Shown: positions 1-8,396 of the stretch, piece after piece
Position numbering within the stretch: the stretch's first letter is position 1
How the letters are laid out: each line of letters opens with the position of its first letter
DNA from: Candidatus Marinacidobacterales bacterium
Lineage (GTDB): Bacteria; Acidobacteriota; Vicinamibacteria; Marinacidobacterales; DATDRI01
Length of the DNA stretch: 64,000 nucleotides
Assembly (NCBI GenBank): GCA_965226495.1
Contig: OZ245365.1
Coordinates: 2,592,001-2,656,000, forward strand
Direction: 5' to 3'
The notes under the pieces: generated by a model
Told to the model about the DNA's origin: nothing
The model's input: the letters and a program-made list of their open reading frames with translations, nothing else
Database searches by the model: none
Made by a program: the position numbers and the translations under genes

Positions 1-16
1 GCACCAAGGAGGCCCC

Positions 17-496
17 ATGGGGCATCGCCCAAGACTCGTTGTGATCCTTTCCGGGATCTTTTTCACCGTCCTTCTTTCAGTGAGCGCCGGGTTTACCCAG
101 AGCACAGATCACACCTGGCCGAACCGCGTGCTCATCACCAACGATGATGGGATTGACATGGAAGAGATCCGCCAGCTAGCGCTGGCCTTTGCGCAGATTG
201 CGGAAACCTACGTCGTCGCTCCACTGGAAGAGCGGAGCGGTAGCAGCACTCACATCAACCTTCGCGGACCGCTTGGGCTAGCTATCACGCTCGAGCAGGC
301 CATCGACGCATTCACCATCAACAGCGCCTACCAACTGAATCAGGAGCATGTCACCGGCTCGCTCGAAGTGAGAAAGTTTGCCGATTTGATCGTACTCGAT
401 CGGAACCTCTTCGAGATCCCGATTGCCGAGGTATCCGACACAAAGGTGCTCATGACAGTGGTCGGTGGCAAAGTTGTCTATTCGAGTGAATCCTGA
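17..496 (+). pseudogene. Chimeric ORF: signal peptide + SurE N-terminus fused to the C-terminal tail of a YtcJ/amidohydrolase_3 protein
   Basis: RVLITNDDG..VVAP..RSGSS is the SurE N-terminal motif. After about aa 88 the sequence switches to ITLEQAIDAFTINSAY..GSLEV.KFADLIVLDRNLF..TKVLMTVVGGKVVY, an amidohydrolase_3 C-terminus. Both parts are far too short to be complete. Confidence 0.7.
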
Positions 497-582
497 CCCG
501 CTAGGGCGTTAATTGACTTGCCCCGCTATGCTGATATCTTCACCGCAGGAGTAGACGACGGAGTTATTTGGAGGGTGAACCC

Positions 583-2001
583 ATGAGCCTCGACTGGGAG
601 AAAGTCAAAGAAATCGACGAAAAGTACTACCTGCACATCGGGCAGTCCAACCGCGAATACCACCACGTCCCGGTCGCCTCGACCGAAGGCCGACACTTGA
701 TCATGCCCGACGGCACGAGGCTGCTGGACTTTAGAAGCCAGCTCATCTGCACCAACATGGGGCAGCGCCACCCGAAGGTCCAAGCGGCTATTAAGGAGGC
801 CCTAGATCGCTTCGGTCATGTGTATGAGTCCTACTGCACCGACTACCGTTCCGAGGCGACCATGCTCATTATGGAAGATATTCTAGGGGCCGATGGCTGG
901 GCGGGCCGACTCCGTTTCCTGAATACCGGCTCCGAAGCTGTAGAAGCATCGATTATCCTGGCCAAGCTCATTACCAACCGGCCGAACATCGTGAAAAGGA
1001 GCTTCGCCTATCATGGTTGGACGGAGGGTGCGCGCTACGCCTCTGGAATCCCGGGCGTTGCCACGGGTTCGGCATCGGATTCCGATCCAAAATCCATTCG
1101 CAGCTCGCCGACAGAATCCACGGTCGGGTACCACACGGTCCCGGCCCCTTATTGCTACCGTTGCCCGCTCGGGCTCGACTACCCGACATGCAAGACTTCG
1201 GACGGCACGCTCGGCTGCGTGAAGACGACCGAGGACATCGTCAAGACGATAGGTCCTGAATCGATCGCTGCGATCATCACCGAAGTCGTCTTCGGCGGCG
1301 GCGCCATCCACCCTCCCGAGGAGTACACTCCTCAGGTCCGCAAGATGTGCAAGGAGCTGGGCATTCTGTGGATCGATGATGAGGTGATGTGCGGATTCGG
1401 TCGGCTCGGCGAGTGGTTCGGATATCAGAAGTCTGACGGTGTGACACCGGACATCATGCCCTTCGCAAAAGGGGTCGGCAGCTCCGCCCTTCCTGCTTCG
1501 GGAGTTGTGGTGAGTGACGAGATCGCCAAGTTCTTCGATACGAATCGCTGGTGGACGGTGAGCACCTACGCGGCCCATCCGGTGGTGATGGCCGCGGTGG
1601 TCGCAAATCTGAAGGTGATGTTGGAAGAGAACGCGCCCCAGATGGCTGCAGAAACCGGCGAGTACTTCGGCCGTCAACTCCGCCAACTTCAGGAGAACCA
1701 CAAGTGCGTCGGTCTGGTGGACGGCTCCGGCCTTCTCTGGGCGGCCGAGATCGTCAAGAACCGAGAGACTCGGGAGCCATTCGTTAAGGAAGACCGTTAC
1801 TTCCGAATGGCGGGTGACGTCTCTGGCAACCCGAACATGATCATAGCGGGCAAATGTTTGGAGAAAGGAGTCTTGGTCGGAGACGTACTCCCGAATACGT
1901 TGCGCCTGGGCCCGGCCTTCAACATCACTCGCGACGAGATCGACTATGGCATCGAAGCTCTCGACGAGGGCCTGAAGGCCGTCGACGAGTTATGTGACTG
2001 A
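583..2001 (+). CDS. Class III PLP-dependent aminotransferase (omega-amine type)
   Basis: TGSEAVE, AYHGWT, WIDDEVMCGFGRLG, PDIMPFAKG (PLP lysine). ATG at 583 follows GGAGGG. Confidence 0.93.
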   Translation: MSLDWEKVKEIDEKYYLHIGQSNREYHHVPVASTEGRHLIMPDGTRLLDFRSQLICTNMGQRHPKVQAAIKEALDRFGHVYESYCTDYRSEATMLIMEDILGADGWAGRLRFLNTGSEAVEASIILAKLITNRPNIVKRSFAYHGWTEGARYASGIPGVATGSASDSDPKSIRSSPTESTVGYHTVPAPYCYRCPLGLDYPTCKTSDGTLGCVKTTEDIVKTIGPESIAAIITEVVFGGGAIHPPEEYTPQVRKMCKELGILWIDDEVMCGFGRLGEWFGYQKSDGVTPDIMPFAKGVGSSALPASGVVVSDEIAKFFDTNRWWTVSTYAAHPVVMAAVVANLKVMLEENAPQMAAETGEYFGRQLRQLQENHKCVGLVDGSGLLWAAEIVKNRETREPFVKEDRYFRMAGDVSGNPNMIIAGKCLEKGVLVGDVLPNTLRLGPAFNITRDEIDYGIEALDEGLKAVDELCD

Positions 2002-2125
2002 AGGATCTAGCGGCCCGTCAGGGCCGCCGGCCAGTCCGCCTTCGCCGCCGGCTACGGCGGGACCTCGCCGAAGCTGGGACGCGATCGGAGAGCCCAGCGA
2101 ACGCGGGGAGGAATTGTTAGTCAGC

Positions 2126-2403
2126 GAGCGCAGCCTTGAGCTGACGCGGAGTCGCGGAGCCGACGGAGCGTTCGGCGTTGGGGGTGGGGCCCCGACGCCC
2201 TGAGTGAAGACGGGGGCCCCGCGAGCGTTAATGCAGCCCTGAGCTCACGCGCAGCGGCGAGCCGGGGGAGGCCGCGTAGCGTGTAGCGAGCGGGGGTGGG
2301 GCCCCGCGAGCGTTAATGCAGCCCTGAGCTCACGCGCAGCGGCGAGCCGGGGGAGGCCGCGTAGCGTGTAGCGAGCGGGGGTGGGGCCCCGCGAGCGTTA
2401 ATG
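2126..2403. repeat. Intergenic 85-bp tandem repeat (2+ exact units plus a diverged upstream unit) with GGGGGTGGGGCCCC core; REP/BIME-like
   Basis: GCGAGCGTTAATG recurs at 2221, 2306 and 2391 (period 85). A diverged unit GAGCTGACGCG..GGGGGTGGGGCCCC lies at ~2138-2193. Confidence 0.9.
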
Positions 2404-2417
2404 AATTGGAGGACAAC

Positions 2418-3932
2418 ATGTCGACAGTGAAAGAAGCAGTACCCTCGACCGTGCGTAAAGGGCAGTTACTCATCGGTGGCGAGTGGCGTGATTCGGTAAG
2501 CGGGAAGACCTTCGAAACCACGGACCCCGCGACAGGCGAGGTCATAGGTGTGGTTGCCGAGGGGAACCGCGAGGACGTCGATCTAGCGGTCAAGGCGGCG
2601 CGACGAGCTTTCGATGACCGTCAATCGCCTTGGCGAGCCATGAGCGCGTCCGATCGCGGTCGCTTGCTCAACCGCATCGCCGCGGGCATCGCGGCGCGCA
2701 AAGACGAGCTAGCCCTTCTGGAGACCAGTGACAACGGCAAGGCGATCCTCGAGAGCTCCAACCTGGACGTCCCGTTCGCCGTCGACTGCTTCGAGTACTA
2801 CGCGGGACTCGCGAACAAGGTCTTCGGGGAGACGATCCCGACACCCAAGCCGTTCTTTACCTACACACTCCGCGAGCCGGTGGGGGTGTGTGCCCAGATC
2901 GTTCCTTGGAATTTTCCTCTCGTGATGTCGGCCTGGAAGATCGCACCTGCTCTGGCTTGTGGCAACACGGTGGTGTTGAAGCCGGCAGAGTGGACGCCGC
3001 TCACTGCTTTGGTTCTGGGAGAGATCTTCCAGGACGCCGGGGTTCCACCCGGGGTCGTGAACATCGTGACCGGATTCGGAGACGCATCGACCGGGGAGTT
3101 CCTTGCGTCTCACCCTGACATCGACAAGATCGCCTTCACCGGAGAGACGACGACCGGGAAGAAGATCATGAAAATGGCTGCCGACGGGATGAAACGCGTT
3201 TCGCTGGAGCTCGGGGGAAAGAGCCCATGCATCGTCCTCGATGATGCGGACATCGAACGGGTGGTCGAGACCTCCCTTCCCGGGTTAATGATCTGCCAGG
3301 GACAGCAATGCGCGGGGGCGAGTCGACTACTGGTGCAGAAGGCGATTCACCAGCCCTTCATGGAGAGGTACGTCGAGCGGACGCGGCAATTACGCGTGGG
3401 CGACCCCAAGGATCCGGAAACGCAAATCGGCGCGATCGCCAGCCTCGAGCAGATGAAGAAAGTGAAGAGCTACATCGAGCTTGGGAAGCAAGAAGGCGCT
3501 CGATTGGCGTGTGGAGGCGGGACTCCGAAGGGGGCACCCGAGCGAGGACTGTTCCTCGAGCCCACCGTTTTCGACGGAGTCGAGAATCGAATGCGTATAG
3601 CGCAGGAAGAGATCTTTGGTCCGGTGGTGTCCATTATCGAGTTCGACGGACTAGAAGAAGGACTCGCCCTTGCTAACGACGTCAGCTATGGATTGGCCTC
3701 CGCCATCTACACGCGCGATATTCGAAAGGCCCACTACTTTGTGGAGAACCTGCGCGCCGGCACCGTTTGGGTGAATACGTACGGACGCTTGTTTAATGAA
3801 GCGCCTTTCGGAGGCTACAAGGCGAGTGGGATAGGCCGCGAGCTCGGCACTCACGCGATCGACCTTTACACCGAGGTCAAGACCGTCCACATGGACACGA
3901 GCTTCGAACCGCCCATGCGCTGGTTCGGCTGA
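2418..3932 (+). CDS. NAD-dependent aldehyde dehydrogenase
   Basis: IVPWNFP, LKPAE, AFTGET, LELGGKSP, GQQC (catalytic Cys), EEIFGPV, PFGGYKASG. RBS GGAGG precedes ATG 2418. Confidence 0.96.
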   Translation: MSTVKEAVPSTVRKGQLLIGGEWRDSVSGKTFETTDPATGEVIGVVAEGNREDVDLAVKAARRAFDDRQSPWRAMSASDRGRLLNRIAAGIAARKDELALLETSDNGKAILESSNLDVPFAVDCFEYYAGLANKVFGETIPTPKPFFTYTLREPVGVCAQIVPWNFPLVMSAWKIAPALACGNTVVLKPAEWTPLTALVLGEIFQDAGVPPGVVNIVTGFGDASTGEFLASHPDIDKIAFTGETTTGKKIMKMAADGMKRVSLELGGKSPCIVLDDADIERVVETSLPGLMICQGQQCAGASRLLVQKAIHQPFMERYVERTRQLRVGDPKDPETQIGAIASLEQMKKVKSYIELGKQEGARLACGGGTPKGAPERGLFLEPTVFDGVENRMRIAQEEIFGPVVSIIEFDGLEEGLALANDVSYGLASAIYTRDIRKAHYFVENLRAGTVWVNTYGRLFNEAPFGGYKASGIGRELGTHAIDLYTEVKTVHMDTSFEPPMRWFG

Positions 3933-3941
3933 ACGGAATTA

Positions 3942-4036
3942 CCCTCACCCAGGCCCTCTCCCAGAGGGAGAGGGATTAGCGGAAGAGGAGGCCATTGTTC
4001 CCTCACCCAGGCCCTCTCCCAAAGGGAGAGGGATTA
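3942..4036. repeat. Two REP-like palindromes CCCTCACCCAGGCCCTCTCCC-N3-GGGAGAGGG
   Basis: Near-identical copies at 3942-3976 and ~4000-4036, each with a CCCTCTCCC/GGGAGAGGG stem. Confidence 0.85.
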
Positions 4037-4037
4037 C

Positions 4038-4157
4038 GTGATCGTGGTCATCTGGCTGTCGATAGGCGTCACGCTCGCGGAGTACCTCGGCGGTGCGCGT
4101 CGCAGTGCCCTCGAAAAGGCGGCGACGATCGTTTACGAAGATGAAATGAAGCCGTGA
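4038..4157 (+). CDS. Putative 39-aa small membrane protein coupled to the APC permease
   Basis: MIVVIWLSIGVTLAEYLGGARRSALEKAATIVYEDEMKP has a hydrophobic N-terminus. Its stop overlaps the permease start in GTGA (4154-4157). It is below the ORF-track length cutoff. Confidence 0.5.
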   Translation: MIVVIWLSIGVTLAEYLGGARRSALEKAATIVYEDEMKP

Positions 4158-5551
4158 GCGACTCCCCGACTGACTCCACTGGCTCCACTCTTAGGCGTGG
4201 CGTCGGCTTTCACACCGCGCTTGCCACGTCTCTCGGCATCGTCGTCGCCTCGCTCACCATAATCTCCCTCAACCAGGGTTACGGCTTGGCGGGATACCGG
4301 TTCACTTGGGCCATCCTGATTGCCTACGCCATCATGATCTGCAACGTGCTCTCGTTCGCGGAGCTCAGTGCCCTCGTTCCGCGCGCGAGTGGCATCAGCT
4401 CCTACACGTTACCTGCCCTCGGCCCGTTCATGGCGATCATCGCCACGCTGTCGGGTTATGTCCTCGTGAATTTGCTGGCCGGAGGCGCGGAGGTTCTGGT
4501 CGGCGGATTCGTGCTTCACGACGTGTTGGACATCAAGATCTCCGCCCGTGCCATCGCCATGTTTGCGATTGCTGCGCTGACTCTCGTCAACTTCCTGGGG
4601 ATCAAGGTCTACGGCGAGGTGCAGGTCGTGCTTGCGTATTTCATGATCGGCTCGCTCGCGCTGATCGGTGCCATCGGCGTCTTGGAGCCCGCGACGGTTT
4701 CCGCTTCCACGGCACCGGCAGCGGAGTCCGGAAGTCTTCTGAGCCTGGTCGCACTTGCCATCTGGCTCTTCATTGGTGTGGACTACGTCTGCCCACTGGC
4801 CGAGGAGATGAACAATCCGGAACGAAACGTTCCCCTCGCCATGCTGTCGGCGCTCACTATCATCTTGGTAGCCAGCCTTCTCTTCGGGTTGGCGGGCGTA
4901 CGCCATGTCGATCCGCAAGTGCTTGTCGATTCCCGCACGCCGCACGTCACGACCGCCCGGGCGATCCTCGGGCCGTCGGGTGGATACTGGGTCGCTTTCA
5001 TCAGCATTGCCGCGAGTGGTTCCACTCTCAACACCATCATCGCCGCGATTCCCCGGCTCCTTTTCGGGCTTGCACGTCAAGGGGCGGCCCCGGCGGTGTT
5101 CGCTCGGCTCCATCCTCGGTATCGCACGCCGTATATCGGCATCTTCGCGGTAGGGGCCGTGCTTCTCGCCACGGTGGCGTTCGGCCTGAGCTCCAAAGAA
5201 GGCATCATTGTCTTTATTCTGGCGGCCACCTTTTCTTACCTCATCACTTATGCAACGGCGCATGTCGATGTCATGGTTCTGCGCGCTCGTTACCCCGAGG
5301 CGAAACGACCGTTTCGGTCGCCCTGGTTCCCCTTGCCGCAGGTCGTGGGCCTGGTCGGGGTTTTCTACCTTTTGATGAATATTTCTCCGGAGCCGTCGAT
5401 GACCTCGAGCATTTACCTCCTCGCCGGTGGAATGCTCGCCGTGACCGCACTCTATGCGGCGCTTTGGATTCCCTTCCGGATGAAGCGCCCGCTGTTCGCT
5501 CCCGAGCCCTTGCAGCAAGAATTACCCAACGAAAACAAAAAGGAGAATTAG
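4154..5551 (+). CDS. APC-family amino acid/polyamine permease
   Basis: About 12 TM helices; SFAEL..P.ASG, LAEEMNNPERNVP, RLHPRYRTPY, RPFRSPWFP motifs. Confidence 0.93.
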   Translation: MSDSPTDSTGSTLRRGVGFHTALATSLGIVVASLTIISLNQGYGLAGYRFTWAILIAYAIMICNVLSFAELSALVPRASGISSYTLPALGPFMAIIATLSGYVLVNLLAGGAEVLVGGFVLHDVLDIKISARAIAMFAIAALTLVNFLGIKVYGEVQVVLAYFMIGSLALIGAIGVLEPATVSASTAPAAESGSLLSLVALAIWLFIGVDYVCPLAEEMNNPERNVPLAMLSALTIILVASLLFGLAGVRHVDPQVLVDSRTPHVTTARAILGPSGGYWVAFISIAASGSTLNTIIAAIPRLLFGLARQGAAPAVFARLHPRYRTPYIGIFAVGAVLLATVAFGLSSKEGIIVFILAATFSYLITYATAHVDVMVLRARYPEAKRPFRSPWFPLPQVVGLVGVFYLLMNISPEPSMTSSIYLLAGGMLAVTALYAALWIPFRMKRPLFAPEPLQQELPNENKKEN

Positions 5552-5555
5552 GCAC

Positions 5556-5790
5556 ATGACGGACGCGCCTCCCACCAAGATCTGGTATCAGAGCTTCATC
5601 GAACCTGGAAGGGATCCGCCCTACTTCGATAAGTTAGGGAGTTCCTCGGCACACTAGCGTTATGGGTACAGGCACCGCTCGCGCGGTCTCCTTCTCGACA
5701 CCCTCCGAAAAAGCGGTGCGCGAGTTCCTCGATTCACTTGCCTCGGGAGATGGTCATGAAACGCAAGCTAACGACACCCGTCGCCCGTTC
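5556..5790 (+). pseudogene. Internally deleted remnant, probably Asp/Glu/hydantoin racemase family
   Basis: MTDAPPTKIWYQSF..YFDKL after an AGGAG RBS resembles the racemase N-terminus and stops at 5657. It is followed by a C-terminal-like piece, GTARAVSFSTPSEKAVREFL. Confidence 0.45.
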
Positions 5791-6595
5791 AGTAAGCTAG
5801 CTCCTTACCTTTGTACTTGCGGAAGGTTTCTCGGGCCTCCACCTTCAACGCTTCGTCGTCGCCGGCCGGCGCCGGGTTTGGCGGAAAGAATTGGAGCGTG
5901 TCTTTGCCCCGAACCAATGTCGCGCCGTGGGTCGGAGCCGTCGTTTGCCGGACCGATGCCGCGATGTACGCCGTGGCGAACCCGATGCGCGGCTCGCCCG
6001 CTTCATTCGGCCCGGATCCGTGGACGGTGCGCGGGTGGTGCAGGGAGATCTGGCCGGCATCGAGCGTTAAGTAGGCCGCTTTCGTTGTATCCAATGCCGC
6101 GGTGATCTCGGGGCCGCGTGTCGAAAGATTATCCGGCTTCGGCTCCTCGACATGCGGTAGACGACCGCCCAAATGGCTTCCCACAACGCCGCGCACACAG
6201 CCATGCTCGGGATGGCTGTCCGTGAGGGCGACCCATGCCGTTACGGATTCGTCGCTATCGAAATGCTCGTTGTAGTTGTCCTGATGCCAGGAAACATAGG
6301 ATGTCGCGTCGGCCGGCTTGTAGAAACATTTGTTCTTCCAGGCCAGGATATTCGGCCCCAGGATGTCTTCGACCGCGTCCAGGACCCCCGCGTGACGAAC
6401 GAGCTCGTCCGCCCACCGCTGAACCAAGTGCACTTGCAGGAGATGGTTCTTGAGATCGTCGTCACACGACGCGAGCAAGTCCTCGGCACAGGCGCGGAAG
6501 TGGGCGACCTCTTGTGGGGAAAGGACCGGGATGCCATAAAGGAAGCCGTCCCGCCGATACGCTTCGAGCTGTTGGCTAGTCAGTCTTTTCCCCAT
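5789..6595 (-). CDS. Phytanoyl-CoA dioxygenase (PhyH) family Fe/2-oxoglutarate dioxygenase
   Basis: LTSQQLEAYRRDGF, WHQD, TAWVALTD, HHPRTVHGSGPN..R. Start MGKRLT at 6595. Confidence 0.92.
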   Translation of the reverse strand: MGKRLTSQQLEAYRRDGFLYGIPVLSPQEVAHFRACAEDLLASCDDDLKNHLLQVHLVQRWADELVRHAGVLDAVEDILGPNILAWKNKCFYKPADATSYVSWHQDNYNEHFDSDESVTAWVALTDSHPEHGCVRGVVGSHLGGRLPHVEEPKPDNLSTRGPEITAALDTTKAAYLTLDAGQISLHHPRTVHGSGPNEAGEPRIGFATAYIAASVRQTTAPTHGATLVRGKDTLQFFPPNPAPAGDDEALKVEARETFRKYKGKELAY

Positions 6596-6596
6596 C

Positions 6597-7454
6597 TCAA
6601 CCCCCCGTCCTATAACCGTATCCCTGCAATCGTGGATCATAGACCGATCTGAGCTGGTCTCCCAACAGGTTGACCGCCAGGACGACGAACGACATCGCCA
6701 GTCCCGGGAACGCCGCCACCCACCAGGCGTTCACCATGTGATTCCTTCCCTCCGCCAACATGAGTCCCCAACTGATCTGGGGCGCTACGACGCCCAAGCC
6801 CAAGAAGCTCAGGGCACCTTCCCCGAGGATCATCGCTCGCATCTCCAATGTCGCCACGACGAAGAACGTCGCACCGATATTGGGAAGGATATGACGAAAC
6901 GCGATCCGTGACGAAGAGGCCCCGGCCGCCCGAAGACCGACAATAAACGGACGTTCCCGGAGTGCGAGCGTCTCTCCCCGAAGGATCCGCGCGTACTGCG
7001 CCCATCCGTGGGTCGCGAGGACGAAGATGACAATGAAGATAGAGCGACCGCTGCTGGCAATGATGGAAATTGCGAGCAGCATGAACGGCAAGGCGAGCTG
7101 CGCCTCGATCACCCGCGAGACCACCGCATCCAACCACCCACGGTGGTAGCCGGCTAGAATGCCGAGGAGTCCACCGACCGAGGCCGAGAACACGACGCCG
7201 GCGATCGTGATGAAAAACGTGAGCCGTGCGCCATAGAGAAGACGCGCCGCCATGTCGCGGCCGAGATGATCGGTACCCAATAGATGCGTCACATCCCCAC
7301 CCGCCTGCCAGGCGGGCGGTCTCAATCGCTCCCTGAGATTCTGTTCGCCCGGATCCGGCAGCGGCAGCCAGGGGACCATCGCGGCGAGAACGAAGACGCC
7401 CGTGAGAATGATCGTGAGCGGCAACCACCCAGTCTTCCTGTTGCGTCGATTCAT
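6597..7454 (-). CDS. Peptide/nickel ABC transporter permease (DppC/OppC-like)
   Basis: LGTDHLGRD, RHILPN, LSFLGLG, SWGLML, GDQLRSVYDPR. Confidence 0.95.
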   Translation of the reverse strand: MNRRNRKTGWLPLTIILTGVFVLAAMVPWLPLPDPGEQNLRERLRPPAWQAGGDVTHLLGTDHLGRDMAARLLYGARLTFFITIAGVVFSASVGGLLGILAGYHRGWLDAVVSRVIEAQLALPFMLLAISIIASSGRSIFIVIFVLATHGWAQYARILRGETLALRERPFIVGLRAAGASSSRIAFRHILPNIGATFFVVATLEMRAMILGEGALSFLGLGVVAPQISWGLMLAEGRNHMVNAWWVAAFPGLAMSFVVLAVNLLGDQLRSVYDPRLQGYGYRTGG

Positions 7455-7463
7455 CGGGTCCGC

Positions 7464-8378
7464 TCAGATTTCCGCGTTACGGATACGCGGGTCGATGGCA
7501 CCATACAAAAGATCCACGGCAAGGTTAATGGCCACGAAGAGGCTCGCTCCGACGACGACGATGGCCTGTACGAGAAAAAAGTCTCGGAACTGTAGCGCCC
7601 CCACCGCCAGGGCACCAAGGCCGGGCCACGAGAACACGACTTCGAGCGTCACCACTCCCGAGAGCATTTGCCCCAAGTGAAGTCCGATGATCGTCACCAA
7701 CGGTAAAGCCGCGTTTCTCAATACGTGAACTGTGGCAACCCGCCAGTTCGACAAGCCGCGAGCCCGCGCCGCCGTCACGTAGTCTTCGCCCAAGACGTCG
7801 ATGGCACTCGAGCGGGTCACCCGGGCCACGCGAGCCATCGGGTAAGCGGAGAGTGACACGGCTGGCAAGATCACGTGCTGCCAGCTTCCGCTCTGGCCCG
7901 CCGGCAACCACCCCAACTCCACTGCAAAAAGAAGGATGAGCATCATGCCCAACCAAAAGAGAGGGAGCGATTGACCGATAAGGGCAAAGAACATCGTGAC
8001 GCGATCGACGACGGTCCCTTCCCGGAGCGCCGCGAAGAGTCCCAGTGGCACCCCGATTACCACCGCCAAGAGCATCGCGACTCCAGCCAACTGCAGCGAA
8101 GCCACGAGCCGACCGGCGATGAGTTGTCCATTCGACTGTTGGTACCTCAACGACTCGCCGAGATCGCCGGTAAGCAAACTCCCCATGTAGGAGATGTATT
8201 GCACGATGAGCGGACGATCGAGGCCGAGCTCTTGACGCTTCGCCTCGATCTGCTCGGGTGGCGCCACGCCACCGAGCATGTGAACAACGGGATCTCCGGC
8301 CAAGCGAACAAGAAGAAACGCGAGGGTGACCGCGAGAACCAGGGTGATGACACCTCCCGCGAGCCTTCGGAGCAGCAT
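7464..8378 (-). CDS. Peptide/nickel ABC transporter permease (DppB/OppB-like)
   Basis: LGLDRPL..QY, EDYVTAARARGL, HVLRNA, VFSWPGLG, IDPRIR. Confidence 0.95.
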   Translation of the reverse strand: MLLRRLAGGVITLVLAVTLAFLLVRLAGDPVVHMLGGVAPPEQIEAKRQELGLDRPLIVQYISYMGSLLTGDLGESLRYQQSNGQLIAGRLVASLQLAGVAMLLAVVIGVPLGLFAALREGTVVDRVTMFFALIGQSLPLFWLGMMLILLFAVELGWLPAGQSGSWQHVILPAVSLSAYPMARVARVTRSSAIDVLGEDYVTAARARGLSNWRVATVHVLRNAALPLVTIIGLHLGQMLSGVVTLEVVFSWPGLGALAVGALQFRDFFLVQAIVVVGASLFVAINLAVDLLYGAIDPRIRNAEI

Positions 8379-8396
8379 GCCTTCGCTCTCGCCCTC

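Noticed and set aside
2213-2403. Possible CRISPR array
   Set aside because: The units are identical over the full 85 bp, with no unique spacers and no cas genes.
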